Origin: Candidatus Caldarchaeales archaeon
GTDB lineage: Archaea; Thermoproteota; Nitrososphaeria_A; Caldarchaeales; Calditenuaceae
Direction: 5' to 3'
DNA: 64,000 nt
Assembly (NCBI GenBank): GCA_039630085.1
Contig: JBCNVM010000001.1
Span: forward strand, 96,001 to 160,000
Part shown: piece by piece, positions 19,071 through 29,242 of the stretch
Layout: each line of letters opens with the position of its first letter
Numbering within the stretch: position 1 is the stretch's first letter
Notes under the pieces: generated by a model
Seen by the model: the letters and a program-made list of their open reading frames with translations, nothing else
Database searches by the model: none
Told to the model about the DNA's origin: nothing
Made by a program: the position numbers and the translations under genes

Positions 19071-20606
19071 TTGGGCTCGGACGCGGGGAAGCTCGCCCTC
19101 CACCCGATCGAGGCGAGGGTGCTCTGGGCGCTCTCCTCGGGAGAGAGGCTCAGCTTCGGCGAGGTCTCGAGGAGGACGGGCCTCGACCAGGGAGCGGTCG
19201 CGAAGTCGGTCGAGAGGCTCGCGTCGAAGGGGCTGGTCAGCGTCAGCGAGGTCACCGTGAGGACCGTCGCAGAGCTGAGCGCGGAGGGCCTCGAGTACAG
19301 CCTGAGGGGCCTTCCGGAGAGGAGGCTGGTTGACTTCCTGAGGTTGAGGGGAGGTAGGGCGAGCCTGGCGGAGCTCCGGTCGATCGAGGGGATGGACGAG
19401 GAGGGGGTGAGGATCGGGGTCCTCTGGGCGAAGAAGCAAGGGTGGGTCGAGGTCGCGAAGGAGGGCGGCGAGACCTACGTCGAGCTGGTCACTTACCCCG
19501 ACTACAGGACGGACGAAGAGATGGCGCTGGATGCGCTGAGGTCGGGCCCCAGGAGCTTGGAGGAGCTCGGGGCGCTCGCGGGCACCGCGGCGAGGCTCTC
19601 GAGGAGGGCCGGGCTCGTGAGGCTGAGGGAGGAGAGGGAGCACGTCGTCGAGGCGACCCGCGAGGGGCTGGAGGTCGCGAAGTCCGTTGAGCTCCCAGTC
19701 TACGCGGTGAGCCAGCTCACGCCCGAGCTGATCAAGACCGGGAGGTGGAGGTCGGTCCACCTGATCAGGTACGACGTCCTCGCGCCGGTCAAGCCGGTCT
19801 TCGCGGCCAAGGAGCACCCGCTCACCTCGCTGATCAGGAGGGTGAAGGAGGCCTTCGTCGAGCTGGGCTTCGAGGAGGTCCAGGGCCCTCTCGTCGAGCT
19901 GGCGTTCTGGAACTTCGACGCCCTCTTTCAGCCCCAGGACCACCCGGCGAGGGAGATGCACGACACCTTCTACCTCGAGTGGCCCTCGACAGGCAGGCTC
20001 CCCGAGGGGCTGGCGGGAAGGGTGAAGGAGGCCCACGAGACCGGAGGCGACACCGGGTCGAGGGGGTGGAGGTACAGGTGGAGCGCTGAGGAGGCCTCGA
20101 GGCTCGTCCTGAGGACCCACACCACCGCGACCACGATCAGGTACCTCGCGGAGCGCAGGGAGCCCCCCGTCAAGGTCTTCTCGGTCGACAGGATCTTCAG
20201 GAACGAGAGGGTCAACTGGAAGAGGCTCGCGGAGTTCCACCAGATCGAGGGCATCCTGATGGACCGGGGAGTCGGGATGAGGCACCTGATGGGGACGATC
20301 AGGGAGTTCTACGCGAGGCTCGGGCTGAAGGAGGTCAGGTTCAGGCCGAGCTACTTCCCATACACGGAGCCCTCGGCCGAGGTCGACGTCTACTTCGAGG
20401 ACCTCGGGAGGTGGGTCGAGCTGGGAGGGATGGGCGTCTTCAGGCCCGAGGTGACGAGGCCGCTCGGCGTCGAGCACCCGGTCCTCGCCTGGGGCCTAGG
20501 ACTCGAGAGGCTTGCCCTCATCCTCCACGGCCTCGAGGACATCAGGACCTTCTACCTGAACGACCTCTCTTGGATCAGGTCCGCAAACCCCTTCGTGGTC
20601 AGGTGA
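19071..20606 (+). CDS. pheS: Phenylalanine-tRNA ligase alpha subunit
   Basis: FWNFDALFQPQDHPAREMHDTF, LRTHTT, EFHQIEG, YFPYTEPS, AWGLGLERL; start set at TTG 19071. Confidence 0.96.
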   Translation: MGSDAGKLALHPIEARVLWALSSGERLSFGEVSRRTGLDQGAVAKSVERLASKGLVSVSEVTVRTVAELSAEGLEYSLRGLPERRLVDFLRLRGGRASLAELRSIEGMDEEGVRIGVLWAKKQGWVEVAKEGGETYVELVTYPDYRTDEEMALDALRSGPRSLEELGALAGTAARLSRRAGLVRLREEREHVVEATREGLEVAKSVELPVYAVSQLTPELIKTGRWRSVHLIRYDVLAPVKPVFAAKEHPLTSLIRRVKEAFVELGFEEVQGPLVELAFWNFDALFQPQDHPAREMHDTFYLEWPSTGRLPEGLAGRVKEAHETGGDTGSRGWRYRWSAEEASRLVLRTHTTATTIRYLAERREPPVKVFSVDRIFRNERVNWKRLAEFHQIEGILMDRGVGMRHLMGTIREFYARLGLKEVRFRPSYFPYTEPSAEVDVYFEDLGRWVELGGMGVFRPEVTRPLGVEHPVLAWGLGLERLALILHGLEDIRTFYLNDLSWIRSANPFVVR

Positions 20607-20612
20607 CACTGT

Positions 20613-22265
20613 TTGCCCGCGATCACGGTCAGGGCCAGCAAGCTCAGCAGGTTGGTCGGGATGGACCTCACGCCCGATCGGGTCGCTGAGCTCCTCGCGA
20701 GGCTGGGCGTCTCGGTCGACGAGGTGGTCGGGGACGAGGTGAAGGCCGAGTACAACCCCAACAGGCCGGACTTCTCGTCGCACGCGGGGCTCGCGAGGGC
20801 CCTGAAGGGCCTGCTCGGGATCGAGGCGGGGCTTTACAGGGTCAGGGCGAGGAGGTCGGGGTGGAGGCTGGTCGTCGACCCCAGCGTGAAGTCGGTGAGG
20901 CCCTACGCGGTCGGCGCGATCGTGAAGGGCCTCAAGCTCACCGAGGAGGACCTGGTGGAGCTGATCGCGGTCCAAGAGGACCTCCACTGGGTCCTCGGGA
21001 GGAACAGGAGGAAGGTCGCGATAGGGCTCCACGACCTTTCGAGGGTCAGGCCGCCGGTCCGGTACGTGGCCAGACCTCTGGACGGGGTGAGGTTCGTCCC
21101 GCTCCACGGCACCGTGCCGATGACCTGCGCGGAGATCCTCGAGAGGCACCCCACCGGGAGGGCCTACGGCGACCTAGTGAAACACACGGGCCTGGCGCCG
21201 CTCATCCTCGACGGCAGGGGCGAGGTGATGTCGTTCCCGCCGGTGATCAACTCCTCCCTGACCGAGGTGACCACTTCGACCCGAGACGTCTTCATCGACG
21301 TGACCGGCACCGACCCCGAGGCGATCGGCCGCGCCCTGAACGTCCTGGTCTCGCATCTGAACGACCTCGGCGGGAGGGTCTACACCGTCGAGGTGGTCGA
21401 CGGCAGGAGGAGGTTCGCGTCGCCTGACCTCAGGCCGGTGAGGTGGAAGGTCGACCTCGGGACGATCGCCGAGGCGCTCGGCGTGGAGCTGAGCGGGAGG
21501 GAGGTCGTCGAGGCGCTCAGGAGGATGAGGTTCGGAGCGACCCTGAGGAAGGGGAAGGTCCTCGTCGAGGCCCCGCCTTACAGGACCGACCTTCTCCACC
21601 CGGTGGACATCGCGGAGGAGGTGGCGATCGCTGTCTGGGACAAACTCGAGCCGGAGGTCCCTAGGACTCACGGCTTCGGCGCGGTCCTCCAGAGGACACG
21701 CGTCGAGGAGGTCCTCAGGTCCATGATGGTCGGCCTGGGGTTCACGGAGGTCGTGAACACGGTCCTAGCCAACCGCTCGGTCCTAGAGAGGTTCCTACCT
21801 CCCGACTCGCCAGGGCCCATCAGGCTCCTCAACCCCGCTTCCTCCGAGTACGACTCGCTGAGGACGACCCTGATCCCGGGGCTGCTGAATAACCTCGCCG
21901 CGAACAGGCACAACCCCTACCCGCAGAGGCTCTTCGAGCTGGGCGACGTCGTCCTCTACGACGACTCGAGGCCGGAGATGTCAAGAAGGTCCCTGAGGCT
22001 CGCCTGCGCGTCGAGCCACTCCCAGGCCTCCTACACCGAGGTCAAGTCGGTCTTCGAGGAGGTCTCGAGGTTCCTGAAGGTCGAGCTCGTGCCCACCGAG
22101 CGGGACTACCCGTTCCTGATCGGCGGAAGGTCCGTTGCCCTCGTCAGCAGGGGGATCGAGGTGGGGCTCGCGGGGGAGGTGCACCCCTCGGTGCTGGAGG
22201 AGTTCGGGATCGAGATGCCCACTGTCGTCATGGAGCTTGACGTTGAGTCGCTCGCGCTCTTCTGA
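20613..22265 (+). CDS. pheT: Phenylalanine-tRNA ligase beta subunit
   Basis: NPNRPD, RNRRKVAIGLHD, SFPPVINS, PPYRTDLLHPVDIAEEVAI, GEVHP. Confidence 0.95.
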   Translation: MPAITVRASKLSRLVGMDLTPDRVAELLARLGVSVDEVVGDEVKAEYNPNRPDFSSHAGLARALKGLLGIEAGLYRVRARRSGWRLVVDPSVKSVRPYAVGAIVKGLKLTEEDLVELIAVQEDLHWVLGRNRRKVAIGLHDLSRVRPPVRYVARPLDGVRFVPLHGTVPMTCAEILERHPTGRAYGDLVKHTGLAPLILDGRGEVMSFPPVINSSLTEVTTSTRDVFIDVTGTDPEAIGRALNVLVSHLNDLGGRVYTVEVVDGRRRFASPDLRPVRWKVDLGTIAEALGVELSGREVVEALRRMRFGATLRKGKVLVEAPPYRTDLLHPVDIAEEVAIAVWDKLEPEVPRTHGFGAVLQRTRVEEVLRSMMVGLGFTEVVNTVLANRSVLERFLPPDSPGPIRLLNPASSEYDSLRTTLIPGLLNNLAANRHNPYPQRLFELGDVVLYDDSRPEMSRRSLRLACASSHSQASYTEVKSVFEEVSRFLKVELVPTERDYPFLIGGRSVALVSRGIEVGLAGEVHPSVLEEFGIEMPTVVMELDVESLALF

Positions 22266-22336
22266 GCCGCTTTCTCAGACAAGTGGTAAAAGATCTTCTA
22301 CAGAGGCGGTTTAGGTAAAAACGATGTGCGAGCATC

Positions 22337-22768
22337 TCAGGTCCCGACGAGGCGTCTGTGCTCCTTCATCATGCACCTGTCCCAGACGATCGTGACCCCG
22401 TGTCTCCTCGCGATCTCGACGGCCTCCGGGTGGTAGATCCCCTCCTGGAGCCAGATGACCTTCGGGTTCAGCTTCACCGCCTCCCTGACGACGCCCGGGA
22501 CCTCCTCGGAGGGCCTGAAGACGTCAACTATGTCCACCGGGCCCTTCACCTCTGAGAGCGACTTGTGGACCTTGAGGCCGAGGATCTCGTCAGCGGTCGG
22601 GTTCACGGGGATCACCTCGTAGCCCCTCTCGTGAAGATACCTCGGGACGTAGTGGGCGGGCTTCGCGGGGTCCTTCGACATCCCGACCACCACGACCCTC
22701 CTCAGCGCGAGTATCCTCCTGACCTCCTCGTCGGAGAGCCCGTCCTTCGGGATCGACATCGCATTCAC
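22337..22768 (-). CDS. CoA-binding protein (YccU-like)
   Basis: VVGMS.DP.KPA, GYEVIPVNP, VDIVDVFRP, IWLQEGI, DRCM. Confidence 0.9.
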   Translation of the reverse strand: MNAMSIPKDGLSDEEVRRILALRRVVVVGMSKDPAKPAHYVPRYLHERGYEVIPVNPTADEILGLKVHKSLSEVKGPVDIVDVFRPSEEVPGVVREAVKLNPKVIWLQEGIYHPEAVEIARRHGVTIVWDRCMMKEHRRLVGT

Positions 22769-22814
22769 TCTCGAGGTCCTAGATAAAACGGTTGGCGCTC
22801 CCTGCCCCTTTGTC

Positions 22815-23843
22815 TCAGACCCGGAGGACGTTGATCGTCCTGATCAGCGAGGAGTGGACCCTGTAGGTGTACCTCTCGACGACCATGGGGCCCTCGAGGA
22901 TCGCCGGAGCCCTGCGTCCGAGCGGGTAGGCCACGACGATCCTCCTGCCCTTCTCGAGGAGCTCCGCGAGCTCTGAGAGGACCCGGTCGACGAGGTCCGC
23001 GAGGGACGGGCCGATCACCCTCGTCGACTTCCCATAGGGAGGGTCCGTCGCGACGCCACCGACCCCTCCCCTCAGGGGCAGCGACGTCGAGTCCCCCGCG
23101 ATCACGTCCGACCCGCCGGACAGCCCGAACGCCTTCAGGTTCCTCAGCGATCCCCTGGCGATCCAAGTCCTCACCTCGATCCCGACCGCGTCGTAACTGA
23201 GCGAGGCCGCCTCCATCAGTATCGCGCCGGTCCCCGAGAACGGGTCCAGAAGCCTTGAACCCGGAGGCGTCCTGGTAAGGTTCACCATCACCCTCGCCTC
23301 CTTTGGCTGGAGCGTCGACGGCAGCCTGAAGGGCCTGTTCACAGGCGCCCTTCTCGAGAGCCCCGAGCCGTCCCTGATCCCCACGACGGGCCCTCCGGTG
23401 ACGAGCCTCTCGGTGACGTAGACCCTGAAGACGGTCCTGGGAGACTTCAGGTCGACCCTGAGCCCCGGCCTCGCTCTCTCGACTGCCGACGCGGCCCAGC
23501 GCTCGATTTCGACCCTCGAGGGCCCCTCAGCTCCCCCGAGCTTCACCGCCCTGACCGCGTACGGTTCACCGATCCCCTCCAGCGCAGAGGGGTCCACCTC
23601 GACGCTAGACCCGATCAGCTCAGGCCCGACCGCGACCGCCAGCCCGATCACCTCCTTCACGAACGCGCACCTCGTGGCCGCCTTCCGCGCCGTCTCCTCG
23701 GGAGCCTCGAAGGACGCGAGCCTCTCGCAGAGGAGCTCCGGCTCGCCCTTCACTCCTAGGACTTCGAGGACGGCCCTCAGCTCGCCGAGTCCGAGCTCAG
23801 GGTGGTCTCCCGAGAGGAGGGCGACGTACTTCCCGGCCCTCAC
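22815..23843 (-). CDS. THUMP-domain tRNA m2G10 methyltransferase (Trm11/TrmG10-like)
   Basis: LLSGDHPEL..GE, RPF..P..L.PK.AR.MVNL, LDPFSGTG, ATDPPYG, RVHSSL.R. Confidence 0.82.
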   Translation of the reverse strand: MRAGKYVALLSGDHPELGLGELRAVLEVLGVKGEPELLCERLASFEAPEETARKAATRCAFVKEVIGLAVAVGPELIGSSVEVDPSALEGIGEPYAVRAVKLGGAEGPSRVEIERWAASAVERARPGLRVDLKSPRTVFRVYVTERLVTGGPVVGIRDGSGLSRRAPVNRPFRLPSTLQPKEARVMVNLTRTPPGSRLLDPFSGTGAILMEAASLSYDAVGIEVRTWIARGSLRNLKAFGLSGGSDVIAGDSTSLPLRGGVGGVATDPPYGKSTRVIGPSLADLVDRVLSELAELLEKGRRIVVAYPLGRRAPAILEGPMVVERYTYRVHSSLIRTINVLRV

Positions 23844-24730
23844 GCTATCATCGGCCTCAGGACCTCTGCGAGAGCCCCCGCGACCGAGAGCCTCGAGTGC
23901 TCGGATGGGACGGTGTCGGTCGAGTGGACTGCCGACGCGCCGCTCTCGATGATCCTCCTGGCCGCGCTTCCGACGAAGAGGCCGTGGACGCAGGCGACGA
24001 CGACCTCAGAGGCTCCGAGGGACCTGAGCGCCCTCACCGCCTCGACCATCGTCCCACCGGTGCTTACGATGTCGTCGACTAAGAGGACCCTCCGGCCCTC
24101 GACGTCTGTCCCGGGGACGCTCACCTCCACCCTGCCCGTCACCGGGTCCCTGCTGCTCGTCAGGCCGGCCCACGACGCGCCGATCGCCTCGCCCGCTGCC
24201 CTCGCCATCCTCTCGCCCTTCTTCCCAGGAGAGGCGACGATGTCGAACCTCCCGTGACGCCTCGCGGCCTCCCTCGCGACCTCGGCGGTCACGTCGACCG
24301 CGACCGACCTCATCCCCTCGCGTTCCAGCGCCCACGGCGAGTGCGGGTTCACCGTGACGAGCGTCCCGATCCCGGAGTCGGCCATGAGTCCCAGGAGCTG
24401 CCTGAGGCTCACGACCTCTCCCCTGAGGAACTCCCTGTCCTGCCTCGCGTAGGCCAGGTACGGCACGACCGCGATCACCTCTGAAGCCCCCCTCTCCCTC
24501 AGCGTCCTCGAGAGCATCAGGAGCTGTAGCGCGTGGACGTCCTGGGGCGGGTGGGTGCCCTGGAAGAGGACCGCCGTCTTCCCGCCGACGTCGCACTCGA
24601 GCCGCAGGTAGGACTCGCCGTCAGGGAAGAACCTGTGCTGGACCTCCGACGTCTCCAGGCCCAGCACCGACGCGACCCTCCTCGAGAGGTCGACCGACGC
24701 CGGCCCCGCGACGACGACCACAGAGCCCAT
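23840..24730 (-). CDS. prs: Ribose-phosphate pyrophosphokinase
   Basis: FPDGESY, VPYLAYARQD..F..GE, VDDIVSTGGT, ACVHG, STDT. Confidence 0.92.
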   Translation of the reverse strand: MGSVVVVAGPASVDLSRRVASVLGLETSEVQHRFFPDGESYLRLECDVGGKTAVLFQGTHPPQDVHALQLLMLSRTLRERGASEVIAVVPYLAYARQDREFLRGEVVSLRQLLGLMADSGIGTLVTVNPHSPWALEREGMRSVAVDVTAEVAREAARRHGRFDIVASPGKKGERMARAAGEAIGASWAGLTSSRDPVTGRVEVSVPGTDVEGRRVLLVDDIVSTGGTMVEAVRALRSLGASEVVVACVHGLFVGSAARRIIESGASAVHSTDTVPSEHSRLSVAGALAEVLRPMIA

Positions 24731-24811
24731 CCGCCGGGACGGCCTGCCGGAGGCTATTCAACCTCTTCGGGGCGGTTCCACTTTTTAGGAGCCTGGAGGC
24801 GTTCGGGCCCG

Positions 24812-25318
24812 ATGGGCGCAGGGGACCTCGTGAGGAGGCTGAGGGGGATCTTCGCGGAGAGCCCGCAGAACTTCGGGTGGTTCGAGGACGGGGTGGCGGC
24901 CTCGGGCAGGCCCGTCAACAGGTCCCAGCTCCTCTACGTCGCCAGCAGGGGCGTAGACGCGGTCCTCTCGCTCACGGAGGACCCTATACCCGACGAGCTG
25001 CTCGAGGGGCTCGGGCTCGAGTACCACCACGTCCCGATGAGGAACCACGAGATGCCTCCTGCCGGCGACCTCTTCGCGGCGGTCAGGACGATCAGGGACC
25101 TCAGGTCGAGGGGCAAGAGGGTTCTGGTCCACTGCGCGGCCGGAAAGGGCAGGACGGGGACGGTTCTCGCGGCGTACCTGATGGCCACGAAGGGGCTCGC
25201 GGCCGAGGAGGCGATAGCGCGGGTCAGGTCCGTCAGGAGGGGCTCGATCGAGGAGGTCCAAGAGAGGGGGCTTAAGCAGCTGGAGCGAGTTCTGAGGGGC
25301 GCGCTCGCGGACCGGTGA
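24812..25318 (+). CDS. Dual-specificity/protein-tyrosine phosphatase
   Basis: VHCAAGKGRTG (HCx5R) motif; ATG 24812. Confidence 0.9.
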   Translation: MGAGDLVRRLRGIFAESPQNFGWFEDGVAASGRPVNRSQLLYVASRGVDAVLSLTEDPIPDELLEGLGLEYHHVPMRNHEMPPAGDLFAAVRTIRDLRSRGKRVLVHCAAGKGRTGTVLAAYLMATKGLAAEEAIARVRSVRRGSIEEVQERGLKQLERVLRGALADR

Positions 25319-25512
25319 CCTCCGAGAACAGGGGGCTCGGACTGCCCATCGGCGCCTCACCGCTCGGCATGGACGTTGCTCCTCACCGCCCCGCCCATCC
25401 GTTGGCTCCCTGAGGATTTAGGGCTGACGCCCTGTGGGCGCTCGACGGGCCCGCTCCGTGTCAGACCGAGATCGCGGTCAAGACCGAACGTCCGCATCAA
25501 GCTTAATCCTTA

Positions 25513-26937
25513 ATGTCAACGTCCAGTGGAGGCTTGAGGTACACTGACCAGCTCGAGGTCGGGCTGATCGACTTCGGCCCCAAGTCGAGGGTCGACGGCA
25601 CCCAGCTGGGACCCGACGAGGTGATCGCGATCGAGGGCGTGGGGACCTTCTCGACCGTGGACATCGCGAGGAACGCTTCCGAGCTTGTCGCGAAGGGGAA
25701 GGACCTCAGGAAGTTCGCGGCGAAGGTCCACTTCGAGTCGACGCGGAGGGGGCACGCGTCGCTCACGACGTCGTTCGTCCCGTTCCTAGAAGTCCGGTGG
25801 TGCTCGAGGGCGCTCTCGATGCTGGCGCTCAGCACCCGGTTCGGGAGCTTCCTCCAGGAGAGCCAGAGGAGGTCGCCGGTGACGGAGGAGAAGATGCTGG
25901 TCCCCGCGGAGGTGAGGGGGACTGTACTCGAGGGCGATGTCGTGGGGGGCATCCGGAAGGCCTTCGTGGGGTACTCTCAGCTCGTGGAGGGGGGCGTTGC
26001 GATCGAGGACGCGAGGTACGTCCTCCCGCTCGCGACCGCCACGTCGTTCTTCTCCGCCTCCTCCTTCGAGTCAGCGGTCTACCTGATCAGGAAGGCGCAG
26101 CAGGGCCTTGGGATCGTGACGGAGGAGCTGAGGGCCTTCGCGTCGGCGCTGGCGAGGGAGCTCGAGGCCGCGGCCCCGCTGACCGTGAGGTCGAGGCTCT
26201 CCTTCTCCGGTAGGTGGACCGAGTACGCGCTCCTGGACCCGTTGAGGGAGCCCGACGGCCTGCTCGAGAGGGTCTCCGGCGGCCGAGTCCCGCAGGACGC
26301 CGAGCTCCTCGAGCTGAGGGCGCTCAGTGGCGTCGAAGAAGTCCTCGCGGAGAGGCCGGACCTCGCGCCCCACATTCAAGGGCTCGTGGAGGCGGTGGTC
26401 CTAGAGGCTCCCTCCCTCGCTGCCTACCACCAGTCGATCAGGCACAGGACGGTCCCGACAGCGGTCGAGTCGATCCTCGAGGCCTCCTCGAGGGCCATCA
26501 GGGACCCGCAGAGGAACGTCGTCGTCCCGCCGGAGCTGAGGTCCTCGGAGTCGAAGTCCTCTGGCTTCATCGACTCCTGCGTCGAGGCGCTCGAGCTTCA
26601 CGAGAGGGTCAGGGAGGAGGTGGGGGCCGCTGCGTCGGTCTACCTCGTCCCCCAGTCGGTCAGGATAAGGACCGTCAGGGTCTACGACCTCTTCAACCTC
26701 CTCAGCCCGATGGGCTTCGTCGCGACGAGGACCTGCAGCGCCGCCCAGTGGGAGGAGAGATCGATAGCCTACAGGGTCTGGAGGGAGGTGGAGAGGGCCG
26801 CGCCCCGGATCGGCTCGCTGATCGGCGAGAAGTGCAGGCACCTCGGGTACTGTCCGGAGAGGGAGTGGTGCCCGATCATACTGAAGTACTTCTGGTACTC
26901 GGACGAGGAGCACGCCCACCGCAACAGGCCTCCCTAG
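25513..26937 (+). CDS. thyX: FAD-dependent thymidylate synthase-like protein with two ThyX-type domains
   Basis: RGHAS, QESQR, EDARYVLPLA, HQSIRHRT, RTC..AQWE.R; the true start may be TTG 25534. Confidence 0.72.
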   Translation: MSTSSGGLRYTDQLEVGLIDFGPKSRVDGTQLGPDEVIAIEGVGTFSTVDIARNASELVAKGKDLRKFAAKVHFESTRRGHASLTTSFVPFLEVRWCSRALSMLALSTRFGSFLQESQRRSPVTEEKMLVPAEVRGTVLEGDVVGGIRKAFVGYSQLVEGGVAIEDARYVLPLATATSFFSASSFESAVYLIRKAQQGLGIVTEELRAFASALARELEAAAPLTVRSRLSFSGRWTEYALLDPLREPDGLLERVSGGRVPQDAELLELRALSGVEEVLAERPDLAPHIQGLVEAVVLEAPSLAAYHQSIRHRTVPTAVESILEASSRAIRDPQRNVVVPPELRSSESKSSGFIDSCVEALELHERVREEVGAAASVYLVPQSVRIRTVRVYDLFNLLSPMGFVATRTCSAAQWEERSIAYRVWREVERAAPRIGSLIGEKCRHLGYCPEREWCPIILKYFWYSDEEHAHRNRPP

Positions 26938-26994
26938 TCCCGTCCCGGGACAAGGTGATAACGGCCCGAGGGCTTGAGACCTGTGGGCTGACCC

Positions 26995-27927
26995 ATGCCT
27001 GAGCGGTTAGCGGTCGTGGGAGGAGGAGTCGTGGGGAGCTTCGCGGCGATGTCGGCCGCGCTGGACGGACTGGACGCGACGGTGATCGACCCCAGGGGCC
27101 CGCTGGGCGGAGCGGCGTCGAGGTCCGCGGGCGTGAGCTACGAGCTGCTCTCGCCGGACGACGTGAGGCACAGGTGGCCGGAACTCCGGGTCAACGAGGG
27201 CGAGCTCTCCGTCTACACGGACCTGGACCTCTCGGTCGAGCCGACGCTCCTCGCGTCCGAGGTCGAGGCGAGGCTGAAGGAGCTGGGCGTGAGGGTGTTG
27301 AGGGACGAGGCCTCCTCGATCAGGGTCTCCGGAGGATCCGCGACCGGGGTCTCGCTCGCGGGCGGCGAGCTGCTCAGCGCTGACTCGGTGATCCTAGCGG
27401 CCGGCGCCCACAACAGGGACCTCTTGGGCAGGCTGGGGCTGAGCTTAAGGGTCGCGGTCATCACGTGCTACGCGTATCGCTTCGACCTCGGGAGGGAACT
27501 GGGCCTTCCCTGCTTCTCCGACGAGCGCCGCCACTCCTACTGGAGGCCCTGGGGCTCCGAGATGGTGGGGGGCGGGTACGACGCGGAGTGGTCCGACGAA
27601 CCGGTCTACGAGCACCGGGAGCCTCCCCGCTCCTACGTCGAGAGGTCGCTCAGGATGCTCACCTACAGGCTCAGGGCCCAAGTCAGGCCGGTGTACGTCC
27701 GCAGCGTCAGCGGCCCCTGCGAGATAACCGAGGACTTCGAGCCCTACCTCGGTGAGGTCGAGGGGGTCTCGAACCTCGTCGTCGCGGGAGGTTTGAGGGG
27801 CTACGGCCTGATGCGGGGCCCGAGGCTCGGCGAGATGGCGTACGCGGTCGCGGCCGGGAAACGGGTTCCGCCCGTCGTCGCGAAATACGGCCTCAGGAGG
27901 CTCCTGACGCCCACCGACGTCCGTTAG
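26995..27927 (+). CDS. FAD-dependent oxidoreductase (DAO/sarcosine oxidase family), apparently internally deleted
   Basis: VVGGGVVG, GAASRSAG, VILAAGA, T.DF.PYLG, GYGLMRGP; only 310 aa. Confidence 0.7.
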   Translation: MPERLAVVGGGVVGSFAAMSAALDGLDATVIDPRGPLGGAASRSAGVSYELLSPDDVRHRWPELRVNEGELSVYTDLDLSVEPTLLASEVEARLKELGVRVLRDEASSIRVSGGSATGVSLAGGELLSADSVILAAGAHNRDLLGRLGLSLRVAVITCYAYRFDLGRELGLPCFSDERRHSYWRPWGSEMVGGGYDAEWSDEPVYEHREPPRSYVERSLRMLTYRLRAQVRPVYVRSVSGPCEITEDFEPYLGEVEGVSNLVVAGGLRGYGLMRGPRLGEMAYAVAAGKRVPPVVAKYGLRRLLTPTDVR

Positions 27928-27969
27928 GTTTGCTTTATTAGTGGAGCTGCGTTTGTTTTACGTGCGGGC

Positions 27970-29238
27970 ATGTCTCTCCAAGCCCCTTCGCTCAAGGGCC
28001 ATGAGTTCTTGGCGGAGGTCCTCAGGAGGGTCAAGGAGAGCATAGAGGTCACGCGCGTCGGGTACGATTACTACGAGTTCCTGAGGTACCCCAAGGTCCA
28101 GCTCACCGTCTCGATACCGGTGAAGATGCGGGACGGCTCCGTCAGAACCTTCGTCGGGTACAGGGTCCAGCACAACAACGCGAGGGGGCCCTACAAGGGC
28201 GGGATCAGGTACTACCCGACGACCGACCTCGACGAGGTGACCGCGCTCGCGATGCTGATGACCTACAAGTGCGCGGTCGTGGACCTCCCCTACGGCGGAG
28301 CGAAAGGAGGAGTCCAGTGCAACCCGAAGGAGCTGAACAGGGACGAGCTCGAGCGGATCACGAGGAGGTACACCTACATGATCGCGGACATCATCGGCCC
28401 CTACAAGGACATCCCCGCACCCGACGTCTACACCGACGCGCAGGTGATGGCGTGGCTGATGGACACGTACTCCCAGATCGTCGGGAAGCTCACGCCCGAG
28501 GTCGTTACCGGGAAGCCCGTGGCGCTCGGCGGGAGCGAGGGCAGGGAGGAGGCCACGGGTCTGGGCACCGCGATAGGCGCGAGGGAGGCGGTCAAGGCCC
28601 TGAACGTGGGCATGAAGGGGATCAGGGTCGCGGTGGAGGGCTTCGGGAACGTTGGGAGCTATGCGGCCCGCTACCTCCACAGCTGGGGGGCGAAGGTGGT
28701 CGCGGTCAGCGACAGCAAGGGAGCCATCTACAGCCCGGAGGGCCTGAACGTCCCCGCCCTGATCGAGCACAAGAGGAGGACCGGGACCGTGCTGGGCTTC
28801 GACGGCGCCATGACCATCACCCACACGGAGCTCCTGCACCTCGACGTCGAGGTCCTGATACCCTCGGCCATCGAGGGGTCCATAAATGCGAAGACCGTCG
28901 ACGGAATCAGGGCTAAGGTCATCAGCGAGGGCGCGAACGGTCCCACCACCTCCGACGCCGACAGGGTCCTAAGGGAGAAGGGGGTCTTCGTGGTGCCCGA
29001 CATCCTCGCGAACGCCGGAGGCGTGACCGTCAGCTACTTCGAGTGGGTCCAGAACCTGAAGCGCGAGAAGTGGCCGAAGGAGGAGGTCCTCTCGAGGATG
29101 GAGGCGAAGCTGGTGAGGGCCTTCCAGGACGTGATCGGCTCCGCGAGGAAGTACGAGGTCGACAACAGGTCCGCGGCCTTCTGCCTGGCCGTGGAGAGGG
29201 TCTGCGAGGCCATCAGGCTGCTCGGGATCTGGCCGTAG
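27970..29238 (+). CDS. gdhA: Glutamate dehydrogenase
   Basis: GYRVQHNNARGPYKGGIRY, LPYGGAKGG, DIPAPDV, GFGNVG, EGANGP, PDILANAGGV.VSYFEWVQN. Confidence 0.96.
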   Translation: MSLQAPSLKGHEFLAEVLRRVKESIEVTRVGYDYYEFLRYPKVQLTVSIPVKMRDGSVRTFVGYRVQHNNARGPYKGGIRYYPTTDLDEVTALAMLMTYKCAVVDLPYGGAKGGVQCNPKELNRDELERITRRYTYMIADIIGPYKDIPAPDVYTDAQVMAWLMDTYSQIVGKLTPEVVTGKPVALGGSEGREEATGLGTAIGAREAVKALNVGMKGIRVAVEGFGNVGSYAARYLHSWGAKVVAVSDSKGAIYSPEGLNVPALIEHKRRTGTVLGFDGAMTITHTELLHLDVEVLIPSAIEGSINAKTVDGIRAKVISEGANGPTTSDADRVLREKGVFVVPDILANAGGVTVSYFEWVQNLKREKWPKEEVLSRMEAKLVRAFQDVIGSARKYEVDNRSAAFCLAVERVCEAIRLLGIWP

Positions 29239-29242
29239 CAGG

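Noticed and set aside
19038-20477. Long antisense or alternate-frame ORFs (also 43240-44538, 42686-43957, 61935-63131)
   Set aside because: Shadow ORFs of GC3-rich genes, with R/P/G-biased composition and no recognisable motifs.
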